Part shown: in pieces, positions 28,562 to 39,052 of the stretch
Layout of the letters: each line of letters begins with the position of its first letter
How positions within the stretch are numbered: the first letter of the stretch is position 1
Assembly (NCBI GenBank): GCA_036918135.1
Contig: JBALDB010000011.1
Span: 192,001 to 256,000, forward strand
Source: Nostoc sp.
GTDB lineage: Bacteria > Cyanobacteriota > Cyanobacteriia > Cyanobacteriales > Nostocaceae
Reading direction: 5' to 3'
Length of the DNA: 64,000 nt
The notes under the pieces: generated by a model
Told to the model about the DNA's origin: nothing
Seen by the model: only the letters and a program-made list of their open reading frames with translations
Databases searched by the model: none
Program-made: the position numbers and the translations under genes

Positions 28562-30721
28562 ATGACGACACCAACTGTGAGGAGAAGTAATCAATCTGGT
28601 CAGTCACAAGAACCAGAAAGAGCCAATTCGCTGCTGCTAGCCAGCAGGCGTTTTGCTGCTTGGGCGGCTGAAATCACACTAGTGGTTACTAGTGGGTTGA
28701 TTCCCTTTGGCATTGGTGTCTATGCCAATTCTAGAAGCGATCTCAACCGAGTGCCGCTCAATCCCGTACTGGTAACAACGGAAAGAGCGATCGCCAGGCC
28801 ATTAGCTTTGCCCGTTAGCTATGGCATTCGTAACGTAGCATGGCCGACTAATTTTTTGTGGACAATCGCGATATTAGCGCCTGTAACTCTTTCATGGTGG
28901 CAATTGTATTTATTGGGTAAAACTGGTAGCACAATTCCCAAACGTTGGCTAGGAGTGCGGGTTGTCAACGACCAAGGAGCGGCACCTGGTTTGGCAGCAG
29001 TTGCGATCAGAGAAGGAGTTGGTCGTTGGACTATACCTATTTCCATCGCTTACCTGCTGTGGCGTTACAGCTTTGCTTTTCCTAATTTAGGATTATTCAC
29101 ATTTTTAGCTGTGTTAATGGTGCTGGGTGAAGGGATAGCTTTGCCGTCCCGTCACGGGGGGCGTCGCGCGCTGCACGATCGACTTGCAAATACTTATAGT
29201 ATAGATGCGACTCGTCCCTTGCCAGTTTCACTTTTTGCTCACAAACAAATCCAGTCTACTAGCGATAGCGATCGCCAAGCAGAAGAATGGCAGCAGGGAA
29301 ATGCAGAATTAGCCCCAGCCGCAACTAAAACACCTCATCTGTGGCGGCGCATACAGCAAAATCCCAATCTGATTTTGTTTGGAGTAGGGCTGGTAAGCAT
29401 GACTGCTGTGCTGGCAACTTTAATAGGTACTCAAGTTTATATCCAAATTCAACAATCTCAGCGAGCAACCAAGCAAATCAACAGCCAACAGTTCCTCGAA
29501 CTTGTCAAACAATTGAGTCCCGACTCTGGGGCTACCAATGAACAACGCCAAAGTGCAATTTTGGCCTTGGGTGGTCTCAAAGATCCACAGTCGATTCAAT
29601 TTCTCGCGGATCTCTTGGTGAAGGAAACCAACCCCAGCCTCTTAGATACAATCCAACAAGCCCTGACAAGTATCGGCCCGAAAGCCATCCCCGAATTAAA
29701 AAATAAGAATCAATTTCTGGTGAGTGAACTGGAGTCTTTGAACAGCAGTGCGACTCAAGAGCGAGAATTGCGGCAAGGGCGGCTACAAAGAAACCAGCAG
29801 ACAATCAATAAAATTCTGTCTGTTTCTAGTGGGAAAATCGAGGGTGTCGATCTCAGTCGCATCCAATTAGGTCAAAGCAGTACTCCAGGTAATTCCTCAT
29901 TTAACTTGGTACTAGACAACATTGATATGTCAGGAGTTAAATTAAAATCTGCAAATCTGAACCAAGCCAGTTTTAAGGCTAGCCGCTTTCGTAGCGTGGG
30001 TGAAGATGGACGTTGGGATACTTTCGACGATGTGATGGCTGATTTAAGCCAAGCTCAGTTGCAGCAAGCTAATCTTACTGATGCCAATCTTAGCCGAGTT
30101 TTGATGAACCGTACCGATTTGAGTCGGGCCACTCTCAACAGAGCCAACTTATCCAATGCCCGTTTGTATGAGGCTAAACTCAACAGCACCCAACTAGTAG
30201 GAGCCGATCTGCGAAACGCAGTCTTAGAACAAGCCAGCTTAACTGGGGCAGATTTAGGTGACGCCAAATTGAACGAAGCCAATCTTTACGCTGCACGTTT
30301 AGGTCGCGTTACTGCCATAGGAACACAATTATCCTTTGCTAACTTAACTAACACCGATTGGGAAGGGGCAGATTTATCAGGAGCATATTTAGATCGGGCT
30401 AATCTCAGCAATGCTAACCTGAGTGCGACTCGTCTGACCGGTGCTGTTTTACGTTCTGCTCAGATGCAAAACGTTAACTTGCAAAATGCCGACCTTAGTC
30501 TTGCAGATCTACGGGGAGCAAATCTAGCCGGAGCAAATTTTCAAGGAACAATTCTCGCTCCTAGCAAACAAGACCCAGCCGATCAATTTGTCCAAACCCC
30601 AGATTTAGGCTCAGTATCTGCCGTAGTTCAAGGCGTTGATTTTTCTCAAGCCAAAAATTTAGATTCTAAGCAACTAGCGTATATTTGTACACAAGGAGGC
30701 ATTCATCCCCGTTGCCCGTAA
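28562..30721 (+). CDS. hglK: HglK-type protein: RDD membrane domain, HEAT-like segment and pentapeptide repeats
   Basis: 719 aa; RRFAAW...RALHDRLANT RDD domain; long A(N/D)LxX repeat tract; size and architecture of heterocyst HglK. Confidence 0.8.
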   Translation: MTTPTVRRSNQSGQSQEPERANSLLLASRRFAAWAAEITLVVTSGLIPFGIGVYANSRSDLNRVPLNPVLVTTERAIARPLALPVSYGIRNVAWPTNFLWTIAILAPVTLSWWQLYLLGKTGSTIPKRWLGVRVVNDQGAAPGLAAVAIREGVGRWTIPISIAYLLWRYSFAFPNLGLFTFLAVLMVLGEGIALPSRHGGRRALHDRLANTYSIDATRPLPVSLFAHKQIQSTSDSDRQAEEWQQGNAELAPAATKTPHLWRRIQQNPNLILFGVGLVSMTAVLATLIGTQVYIQIQQSQRATKQINSQQFLELVKQLSPDSGATNEQRQSAILALGGLKDPQSIQFLADLLVKETNPSLLDTIQQALTSIGPKAIPELKNKNQFLVSELESLNSSATQERELRQGRLQRNQQTINKILSVSSGKIEGVDLSRIQLGQSSTPGNSSFNLVLDNIDMSGVKLKSANLNQASFKASRFRSVGEDGRWDTFDDVMADLSQAQLQQANLTDANLSRVLMNRTDLSRATLNRANLSNARLYEAKLNSTQLVGADLRNAVLEQASLTGADLGDAKLNEANLYAARLGRVTAIGTQLSFANLTNTDWEGADLSGAYLDRANLSNANLSATRLTGAVLRSAQMQNVNLQNADLSLADLRGANLAGANFQGTILAPSKQDPADQFVQTPDLGSVSAVVQGVDFSQAKNLDSKQLAYICTQGGIHPRCP

Positions 30722-30723
30722 AA

Positions 30724-30835
30724 TGAGATGAGGGAGATGAGGAGATGAGGAGATGAGGAGATGGGGACATGGGAGAGAATTTCACCCCCATCACCCCACC
30801 ACCCCAATGCCCCATACCCTATGCCCAATGACAAT
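30724..30835. repeat. Short tandem repeats (GAGATGAG)n with complementary CCCC-rich arm
   Basis: GGAGATGA repeated about 4 times, then CACCCCCAT / CCCCAATG units. Confidence 0.8.
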
Positions 30836-30862
30836 TGAGAAAATGGTGTGAGGAATTGGGTT

Positions 30863-31348
30863 ATGAAATATGTTCCATATTTGCTTTCTGTTCTAGGGGC
30901 TAGCTTGGTTTGGAATTTGGCTCAACCAGCACAAGCTCAAGTAGCGTATGGTAGTTATATCGGTATCGGGCCAGCTATTGGTTTTACCGATGGTGTGCAA
31001 ATTGGTGGGGTAATAGCTGGTCGTTACAAGCTTTTGGAAGCACCAATTTCTCTGCGTGCCCAAGTGTTAATTGGTAATAATACGGCAATAGTACCAACAG
31101 TTTCTTATGATGTCCCTCTGAACTGGCAAGCTGATGCCTATTTAGGTGCTGGATTGGTGTTGGCTAGTGGTGGTGGTTCTTCTCCTGTAGGGGACAAAAT
31201 TAGTTTTGCTTTACAGCCGGGAATTGATTATATGATTCCAAATAGCAATACTGTGCTTTTTGGCAACGCTATCATCGCTTTTGATGCCTACCGTGATAGT
31301 GGTGGTACAGCGGTCTCTGTGCAAGGTGGTATTGGTTTGAGATTTTAA
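30863..31348 (+). CDS. Outer-membrane beta-barrel-like hypothetical protein
   Basis: Signal peptide ending AQA; alternating beta-strand pattern; terminal Phe (GIGLRF). Confidence 0.7.
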   Translation: MKYVPYLLSVLGASLVWNLAQPAQAQVAYGSYIGIGPAIGFTDGVQIGGVIAGRYKLLEAPISLRAQVLIGNNTAIVPTVSYDVPLNWQADAYLGAGLVLASGGGSSPVGDKISFALQPGIDYMIPNSNTVLFGNAIIAFDAYRDSGGTAVSVQGGIGLRF

Positions 31349-31355
31349 GAGACTG

Positions 31356-31384
31356 GCGTTGGCGTAGCCCGTCCTAAACATCGC
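31356..31384. mobile_element. 21-nt SDR5-type element inserted in a HIP1 site
   Basis: GCG + TTGGCGTAGCCCGTCCTAAAC + ATCGC; 18/21 identical to the copy at 6233-6253. Confidence 0.8.
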
Positions 31385-31542
31385 TATGTCTAAGAAGCGT
31401 TAAACTTCATTGCAAATTAAGAAGTTAGTCCAAACAACGTGATAATTTTTGATGATGTCAAGCAAAAACCTTGAGTAGCGGCTGCCGACGCTCAAGGTTT
31501 TTTAAGAGAAGAGACAGCACAGGATTAATACAGGAGAACACA

Positions 31543-31755
31543 GTGGCAATGGAATCAAATTTATTAAAGAATGCAGAAGCAGATGAAATGAATCAATATT
31601 TCAGTGAATATGTTGCTAACTTGCAACTTCACATGACTCTGCAAGCTCGCAATCTTGTTCCACCCCTGAAGCAAACACTGGTCGATAGTCGTCAGCAATT
31701 ACTCCATCAAACCCAAGCCCACTTTGAAAAACTAGTTTCTCGACAAGGCTTATAA
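31543..31755 (+). CDS. Small conserved hypothetical protein
   Basis: AGGAG upstream of GTG 31543 / ATG 31549; EYVANLQLHMTLQARNL. Confidence 0.6.
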   Translation: MAMESNLLKNAEADEMNQYFSEYVANLQLHMTLQARNLVPPLKQTLVDSRQQLLHQTQAHFEKLVSRQGL

Positions 31756-31960
31756 ATATTACACATACTTTAATTAAAATTCAAATAAAATAAAGGCAGA
31801 TATTGTTGGATTAATACCAATGGTGTTCCCACAAGATCTGCTTTTTCTGCTTTTTTAAGTATTGAGTTACTAAAATCACCCTTTTGGCGCAATAGTCAGG
31901 AGCAGAAAGTAGTTAAGATGATTGCAACAGTTCTGACAAAGAGCAGTTAGTTAAGGCTAA

Positions 31961-33214
31961 ATGGTGGCTGGAATTAAAATGACTTCATTACTTCCCCGAA
32001 ACCTGAGCGTTGTCATCCGACCAGTCCAATACCGCGATCTGGATGGAATTGAGCGCATAACTCAAGAGTCATTCGCAGCCCTGACTCCCAAGGAAGCAGA
32101 TTTTGCCATCAGCCAGATGCAATGGTTGCGTCGCTGGTATGGATTACTCAAATTTTTGAGTTGGTTTCCTAACCCGCTACAGTATCGCCTTTGTGCTTAC
32201 GTAGCAGAGCAAGGGCGTATGCTTCTAGGGATGATTCAAGTGTCACCTTTTAATCGTACACGCAGCACTTGGCGGATCGATCGAGTGCTACTAGAGCGCG
32301 GTGTCGATAAACAAGGAATTGGCTCCCAGCTTTTGCGTCATTGCTTTGAATCGATTTTGGAAGCTCGCACTTGGCTACTGGAAGTTAACATCAACGACAT
32401 AGAAGCGCTGGCGTTGTATCGCCAAAATGGATTTCAGCGTCTGGCAGAAATGACATACTGGGAAATCGAGCCTCAATTGTTGATTGAATTGGCACAAGCA
32501 GAGCCGGATTTGCCCAACCTTTTGCCAGTCAGCAATGCTGATGCTCAGTTGTTATATCAATTAGATACAGCTTCGATGCCACCCTTGGTACGTCAAGTTT
32601 TTGACCGCAATACCCGCGACTTTAAAACCAGTTTGTTCGGCGCTTTAACTGATGCTGTCAAGCAATGGGTAACCAAAACAGAAGTAGTGAGCGGTTATGT
32701 ATTTGAACCCCAACGCAAAGCGGCGATCGGCTATTTTCAGGTGCAACTTGACCGCAAGGGACAAGTCCCCCACGTTGCAACGCTGACGGTTCATCCTGCT
32801 TACACGTGGCTTTATCCAGAATTACTATCTCAACTGGCTCGGATTGCCCAAGATTTTCCCCAGCAAGGCTTACAATTAGCTTCCTCAGATTATCAGGCGG
32901 AGCGAGAAGAATATTTGGAGCGAATCGGGGCAAAACGCGTCGAACACACGCTAATTATGTCTCGCTCGGTGTGGCACAAGCTACGGGAGTCAAAATTGGT
33001 CTCCTTAGAAGGAATTCAGTGGACTGATATGCTACAAGGTCTACAACCAGCTCGCAAACCCATACCAGGCGGAATGTCGTGGGTACAACCACCATCGCCA
33101 TCGTCAGATAGACCACAGCCAAGCAAATCAGAACCAATTAATTTTTCTGGAAAAAACACTAGCATGGAAGCATCCCCGATTCCGGAATCACCAGATACAC
33201 AGCAGGAGAATTAG
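31961..33214 (+). CDS. GNAT-family acetyltransferase (tandem GNAT)
   Basis: QGIGSQLL and ALALYRQNGF motifs. Confidence 0.85.
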   Translation: MVAGIKMTSLLPRNLSVVIRPVQYRDLDGIERITQESFAALTPKEADFAISQMQWLRRWYGLLKFLSWFPNPLQYRLCAYVAEQGRMLLGMIQVSPFNRTRSTWRIDRVLLERGVDKQGIGSQLLRHCFESILEARTWLLEVNINDIEALALYRQNGFQRLAEMTYWEIEPQLLIELAQAEPDLPNLLPVSNADAQLLYQLDTASMPPLVRQVFDRNTRDFKTSLFGALTDAVKQWVTKTEVVSGYVFEPQRKAAIGYFQVQLDRKGQVPHVATLTVHPAYTWLYPELLSQLARIAQDFPQQGLQLASSDYQAEREEYLERIGAKRVEHTLIMSRSVWHKLRESKLVSLEGIQWTDMLQGLQPARKPIPGGMSWVQPPSPSSDRPQPSKSEPINFSGKNTSMEASPIPESPDTQQEN

Positions 33215-33691
33215 GTGATACCCCAACAGCAAGCAAAACCGTTTATTTCAGCTTTGGGATTAGATTTCGGTCGCAAGCGGATTGGTGTGGCTGGCTGCGA
33301 TCGCACCGGTTTGATTGCCACGGGGATCGTTACAATTGAGCGTACATCTTTCGATCGGGATGTCGAGCAAATCCGACAAATAGTTAATGAACGCCAGGTG
33401 CAAATCCTGGTTATAGGTTTACCTTATTCAATGGATGGTTCACTAGGATTTCAGGCGCGTCAAGTCCAAAAGTTTGCTAAAAGACTTGCCAAAGCGCTGA
33501 ATTTGCCTGTGGAATATGTTGATGAGCGATTAACTTCATTTCAAGCAGAACAACTGCTAATTGCTGAGAATCGCTCCCCATCACGCCATAAAGGTTTGAT
33601 TGACCGCAAGGCAGCCTCTTTGATTTTGCAACAATGGCTCGATATTAGGCGTGCTAATTCCCGCAGTTCAGTGGCGGCTATTGAGTATTGA
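33215..33691 (+). CDS. ruvX: RuvX/YqgF family nuclease
   Basis: LGLDFGRKRIGVA, DERLTS, IDRKAASLILQ. Confidence 0.93.
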   Translation: MIPQQQAKPFISALGLDFGRKRIGVAGCDRTGLIATGIVTIERTSFDRDVEQIRQIVNERQVQILVIGLPYSMDGSLGFQARQVQKFAKRLAKALNLPVEYVDERLTSFQAEQLLIAENRSPSRHKGLIDRKAASLILQQWLDIRRANSRSSVAAIEY

Positions 33692-33810
33692 TACCTTTTA
33701 ACATGATATTCTGAAAACGATTACCCAGCATTTGGATCTACGTGTAAAGCTATTTGATAGTTAAACGATTTACGAACTTGCTGGTATTTATTAAAGTTAT
33801 ACATTTGGCC

Positions 33811-34383
33811 ATGTCTTTCTCTCCATTTCCTGAAGAAAATGATAACGCTCATGAGGGTTCCATCACTTTGACCGATGACAAAGGGCGATCGCTCGAATGT
33901 TATATAGAGCATTCCCTGGAGGTAGATGGGCAAGAATATGTTTTACTTCTTCCTGTAGACTCACCTGTAGAAATTTTTTCTTGGCAAGGTGAAGATGAGG
34001 AGGAAGAAGCGGTTCTTGTAGAAGATGACAGCATTATCGAGCAAATTTTTAGCACTGCCCAAGCTGTACTATCTGAGCAAAACTTAACATTGAAGAATAC
34101 AGCTTATGCTCTGACAGTTGCAGGTGATTTACCGCCAGTTGAAGAATCAGAACTTTTTACTTTAGAAATTGAAGACGAAGAAGCAGATTTAGAGCCAGAG
34201 CAATTACAGCTACTTGCTAGCTTCTATGATGAACACCAGGAGTATGCAATTTATACACCCCTCGATCCATTATTGTTTTTTGCAAGAATAGCGAAAACAG
34301 GTGAACCCGAATTACTCTCTCCAGAAGAGTTTCGCAAAGTACAGCCTTTGTTAGAGGAACACCTTTTTAATGAAGTAGAATAA
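33811..34383 (+). CDS. DUF3727/DUF1292 domain protein
   Basis: Acidic; GRSLECYIE...LLLPVDSP...YTPLDP; conserved position after ruvX. Confidence 0.8.
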   Translation: MSFSPFPEENDNAHEGSITLTDDKGRSLECYIEHSLEVDGQEYVLLLPVDSPVEIFSWQGEDEEEEAVLVEDDSIIEQIFSTAQAVLSEQNLTLKNTAYALTVAGDLPPVEESELFTLEIEDEEADLEPEQLQLLASFYDEHQEYAIYTPLDPLLFFARIAKTGEPELLSPEEFRKVQPLLEEHLFNEVE

Positions 34384-34544
34384 GATGCAAAAATAAAATT
34401 TAAAATTAACATTTTGAATTTTTTGATTGGGATTACCCAAATCTTTTGCGATGCTCCATTAAATATGGAAGCAATAAAACATTAAATCTGCCTTGAAAAT
34501 AGGGTATCGGGCATTGGCAATCTAAAATCCAAAATTGCTATGAG

Positions 34545-35180
34545 GTGCTGAAAGTGGCTTATAGCGACTTTACATTAAGTAAATTTAAAAAGTCATTCAG
34601 CATCGGTATTAATGAAGAAACCGATTTGTGTGCCAATGTAGAACCTCTACAGCCAAGCGATAAACTCACAAATACTTTAGAAGAAACCACAGAACTGGCT
34701 TTAGCAATTAATACTGAAAAAGCTCGTTCAGAAATGATTATTACACCAATATTATTGGAGGTAAGACGTAGGGCTAGTTATGCAATTAGTTTATTTTCCG
34801 GAGTAGACTTTAATGTAGATACAGAAAAAGGTCTGAATGGTTATTGTGACTTTATTATCAGTCGTTCTAAAGAACAACTAACAATTAATGCACCTGTGGT
34901 GATTATTATTGAAGCAAAAAATGAAAATATTAAAGGTGGATTAGGTCAATGTGCCGCAGCAATGTTAGCAGCACAATTATTTAATCAACAAGAAGGAAAT
35001 GAAATTAAAAAAATTTCTGGTGCGGTAACAACGGGAGATATTTGGAAGTTTTTGAAGTTAGAAGAAAACGAGATATTTATTGATTTGAATAATTATTATA
35101 TCAAAGAGATAGATAAAATTTTAGGAATTTTATCTGAAAGTGTTCGTGGAGATATTCCAGGATTAAGTTCGACTAACTAA
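34545..35180 (+). CDS. Hypothetical protein with restriction-endonuclease-like (PD-(D/E)xK) pattern
   Basis: EKARSE, GYCDFII, IIEAK, GQC, GAVTTGDIWKF; widespread cyanobacterial family. Confidence 0.65.
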   Translation: MLKVAYSDFTLSKFKKSFSIGINEETDLCANVEPLQPSDKLTNTLEETTELALAINTEKARSEMIITPILLEVRRRASYAISLFSGVDFNVDTEKGLNGYCDFIISRSKEQLTINAPVVIIIEAKNENIKGGLGQCAAAMLAAQLFNQQEGNEIKKISGAVTTGDIWKFLKLEENEIFIDLNNYYIKEIDKILGILSESVRGDIPGLSSTN

Positions 35181-35234
35181 ACTGTATTGGGTTATGCTCG
35201 TTTCTCTAGAGCTATTTATATTTGCTTGTTGACT

Positions 35235-35774
35235 ATGACCTGGAACAATCTTTTACAGCCTGACTTAATTTTAGAAGGTTCAGTGTTAAACCTGACACCA
35301 GATATTATCCAACAGTATGGTCTCAAGGGGCTAGTGTTGGATGTAGACGAAACTTTGGTACCCTTTAGAGTGGGAATGGCTTCCCTAGAACTACAAACCT
35401 GGGTAAAGGAAATACGTGGTTGTACTGCATTGTGCTTGGTGAGCAATAATTTGAGTGAAGCGCGAATTGGTGGAATTGCGCGATCGCTGAACTTACCTTA
35501 CTATTTGGGTGCAGCTAAACCTTCTCGACGTAAAATTAGAGCTGCACTGCAAGCAATGAATCTCCCAGTGCATCAAGTAGGGATGGTAGGCGATCGCTTG
35601 TTTACCGATGTTTTAGCAGGTAATCGCTTGGGAATGTTTACCATTTTGGTTGAACCGATTATTCATCCAGAGGCCGCACTGCGCTCTCATCCTGTGCGGA
35701 ATTTTGAAGTTTGGGCCTCTGAAATACTCGGAGCCTCTATTACGCCTAAGAAAAAGAAAATTCACAAAACTTGA
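35235..35774 (+). CDS. yqeG: YqeG family HAD-IIIA phosphatase
   Basis: DVDETL, SNN, AAKP, GDRLFTDVLAGN. Confidence 0.9.
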   Translation: MTWNNLLQPDLILEGSVLNLTPDIIQQYGLKGLVLDVDETLVPFRVGMASLELQTWVKEIRGCTALCLVSNNLSEARIGGIARSLNLPYYLGAAKPSRRKIRAALQAMNLPVHQVGMVGDRLFTDVLAGNRLGMFTILVEPIIHPEAALRSHPVRNFEVWASEILGASITPKKKKIHKT

Positions 35775-35912
35775 GAAATCATCAGGAAAGTAAATCTAAA
35801 GAAATGATTAAGGAATGTTACTGGAATCTCAAAATCGGGGATCATAGGTATTAATAACATGGAGTCAACTAAAAAAGACTCTAGCCAATACTAAATAAAT
35901 ATAAACTCGTAA

Positions 35913-35948
35913 AGCGTCAGCCTTCACTTATAGAGGGACTGGCGCTTT
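35913..35948. terminator. Stem-loop downstream of yqeG
   Basis: AGCGTCAGCCTTC...GAGGGACTGGCGCT followed by TT. Confidence 0.5.
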
Positions 35949-36371
35949 ACAAATTGGGGATTGGGTATAGGGCATTGGGGAGCCAGTCGCATGGGCGGGT
36001 CTTTCGACTTGTGCGAACTGGCGTTATTGGGAATTAGATTTTATATATTAGAAAAACCTTTTTAGTTCTCAAAGAGAACGTGAAACTGAGCCAATTTTAT
36101 TAGAGATAAAAAATGGTAGGTATGTTGCAGTACCATAGTTGGCAATTTTGAATTTTGAATTTTAGATTTAAAAAGAATAGAGAATGCAAAATTCAGAATT
36201 CAGAATCAATTAAAGAGAGATTTAGACCTGCCGCTAATTAAAGACCAGTAAATCAAAGATTTAGTGTGAACTTAGTTGCAGTACCATAGTGAGTTATGAT
36301 GAAAATTTTAGATTTTGAATTTTAGATTGTACAAAAATCTAAAATTCAATGACTCGTAATTCCTAACTTTT

Positions 36372-37484
36372 TTGATGTCACTAACGATTGTTGTCAAAAT
36401 TGGTACTTCTAGCCTCACCAAACCAGAAACAGGACAATTAGCACTTTCTACCATCGCTACCTTGGCAGAAACACTCTGTCATTTAAGACGCCAGGGACAT
36501 CGAGTAATTTTGGTTTCCTCTGGCGCTGTGGGAGTGGGTTGTGCGCGGTTGGGCTTAACTGAACGTCCGAAAGCGATCGCCCTCAAACAGGCTGTAGCAG
36601 CAGTTGGGCAGGGCAGGCTAATACGTATATATGATGATTTATTTAATACTTTACAGCAAGCAATAGCCCAAGTATTATTGACTCGCAGCGATTTGGTACA
36701 GCGCAGCCGCTATCTAAATGTATACAATACTTTTCAAGAATTGTTAGGACTAGGAGTAATTCCCATAGTCAATGAAAATGATACCGTAGCAGTAGAGGAA
36801 CTAAAATTTGGCGATAATGACACCCTTTCAGCATTGGTTGCTAGTTTAGTACAAGCCGATTGGCTATTTTTGCTCACTGATGTCGATCGCCTCTACTCAG
36901 CCGATCCGCGTTCTGTACCAGATGCGCGACCGATCGCTTTAGTTAGTAGCATTAAAGAATTAGCTCAATTACAAATACAAACAGGTTCCCAAGGTTCTCA
37001 ATGGGGTACTGGGGGTATGGTAACAAAAATTTCGGCTGCTAGGATTGCGATCGCTGCTGGAGTACGGACTGTAATTACCCAAGGACGATTTCCTCACAAT
37101 ATAGAAAAAATTCTCCAGGGTGACTCCATCGGGACGCATTTTGAACCGCAACCAGAACCAACTTCTGCACGTAAACGTTGGATAGCTTACGGACTTGTAC
37201 CTGCGGGAAAATTGTATTTAGATGCAGGTGCGATCGCCGCAATTTCTTTGGCTGGAAAATCGTTATTAGCAACTGGAATTAAAACAGTAGAAGGAGAGTT
37301 TGACACACAAGATGCTGTGCAATTGTGTGACATCAACGGTAGCGAAATTGCCAGAGGACTTGTGAATTATAACAGCGATGAACTGCAAAAGATTCGCGGA
37401 CATCATTCACGAGAAATTTCCACAATTTTAGGCTACGCTGGTGCGGAAACTGTGATTCATCGGGATAATTTAGTTTTGACTTAG
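36372..37484 (+). CDS. proB: Glutamate 5-kinase
   Basis: [35 protein letters not shown] domain. Confidence 0.97.
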   Translation: MMSLTIVVKIGTSSLTKPETGQLALSTIATLAETLCHLRRQGHRVILVSSGAVGVGCARLGLTERPKAIALKQAVAAVGQGRLIRIYDDLFNTLQQAIAQVLLTRSDLVQRSRYLNVYNTFQELLGLGVIPIVNENDTVAVEELKFGDNDTLSALVASLVQADWLFLLTDVDRLYSADPRSVPDARPIALVSSIKELAQLQIQTGSQGSQWGTGGMVTKISAARIAIAAGVRTVITQGRFPHNIEKILQGDSIGTHFEPQPEPTSARKRWIAYGLVPAGKLYLDAGAIAAISLAGKSLLATGIKTVEGEFDTQDAVQLCDINGSEIARGLVNYNSDELQKIRGHHSREISTILGYAGAETVIHRDNLVLT

Positions 37485-37761
37485 GATAGAAATAAGTGAC
37501 TACTAACTGGGAGAGCGAACAATATTACGACTCAAACGTTAGAAAATTTTGTCAACTTACCAGAAGAACTTTTTAAGAATGTAATAACAAAGAAGGCAGT
37601 TGATACATGGAGTAAAAACCAGTTCTGTTTGCACTTATACGCTCCATACATGGTTTATTAACAGGAAGACAAATATTTATACCAATTTGTAATTTGTATT
37701 ACCCGCTGCATCGGGAAGCAAGCTACGTAATTCGTAATTAAGAAACTTAGATTTAGCAGGA

Positions 37762-38715
37762 TTATTTGAGATGCTCATTAGCGATCGCCACCGCCCCCCA
37801 CAACGGCGCATCATCACCCAACGCCGCCAGTACAACTTCAAAATCAACTTCTGGTAAAGCTGTCTCCCGTGCCACCTGTCGCACCACCCGCCAAAAATCC
37901 TCTCCCGCCTTCGTCACACCACCCCCCAACACAAAGCGCTGCGGATTCATCAAATTTGCTACATTCCCAATACCCACACCCAGCGCCCAAGCAGCCTTGT
38001 GCAAAACTTCCTTAGCCACATCATCCCCAGCCGCCGCCGCTTTACTTACCAACTGTCCCGTCAGTAACGTTAAATCATTCCCTACAAAACCCCTCAACAC
38101 CTCTCCACCTCTGTGGGGTTGATTTTCTAAAACTTCCCTAGCATTCTGCGCTATATAAGGCCCCGAAGCAAAACGTTCCACACATCCCCGCTTCCCACAC
38201 AAACATACCGGGCCAGCAGGATCTACAACTATATGTCCAATTTCACCAGCCATTCCACCTACACCCCGCCAAGGCTGGCCGTTGAGTATCCAACCACCAC
38301 CCACACCAGTGCTGATAGTTATGTAAAACAAGCTATCGTAACCCTGTCCCGCACCAAAGCGATGTTCGCCCAAAGCCGCAATGTTAGCATCGTTATCTAC
38401 ACCAACACTTACACCAAACTCCTCTTCCAACAAGTCTTTGAGCGGAATATTTTCCCATCCAGCGACATGATGAGATAGTCGCACTGTCCCCGTGGAAGCA
38501 TCTACAGGGCCGCCAAAGCTAACACCGATCGCACTCGGTTTTGTATCTTCTAGTAAAGAGTAAATCAGCGATCGCATAATTGCCAAATCAGTGCTAGCAT
38601 CTGCATTCGCTGGCGAGAAGCGACGTTCATAGCGCAACCACTTCAAGGGGTCAATATTTACTAATGCAGCCGCTAATTTAGTTCCGCCAAAATCGAGAGC
38701 TAAAATTAATGTCAT
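37762..38715 (-). CDS. ROK family sugar kinase
   Basis: DFGGTK, DNDANIAALGE, GEIGH, CLCGKRGCVE. Confidence 0.92.
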   Translation of the reverse strand: MTLILALDFGGTKLAAALVNIDPLKWLRYERRFSPANADASTDLAIMRSLIYSLLEDTKPSAIGVSFGGPVDASTGTVRLSHHVAGWENIPLKDLLEEEFGVSVGVDNDANIAALGEHRFGAGQGYDSLFYITISTGVGGGWILNGQPWRGVGGMAGEIGHIVVDPAGPVCLCGKRGCVERFASGPYIAQNAREVLENQPHRGGEVLRGFVGNDLTLLTGQLVSKAAAAGDDVAKEVLHKAAWALGVGIGNVANLMNPQRFVLGGGVTKAGEDFWRVVRQVARETALPEVDFEVVLAALGDDAPLWGAVAIANEHLK

Positions 38716-39052
38716 TGTCTATTCTCTTCCTAAACCGTTACACAACATAGTTTCTTTGTCAAAAAAGATGTTTGTCCTCAAGATACATTTAACACTAGAA
38801 GAAACTACACTATTATTTAGCAACTCATCACTACTGAGCAACCAAATCCACTCATTGATTTCTCTGACGCCAAAAAACCTCCTCGCTCTCTTGAGCTTGA
38901 GAAACAGACAGCACCGATTGAACCAGAAGAACTTAGTAAAGATGATTTGAACAGCCAAGATGAAAGCAAAGAAAATCTAGGGGAGTGACAAATAATGATT
39001 GCCAATCTTCCAGGTAGAGCAGTTGTCAATCCAGAGGATGATAATTACTAAT

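Noticed and set aside
37496..37661. Short open frames after proB (ITTQTLENFVNLPEELF...)
   Set aside because: No proper start codon in the protein-like frame and no recognisable family; at most a gene remnant.
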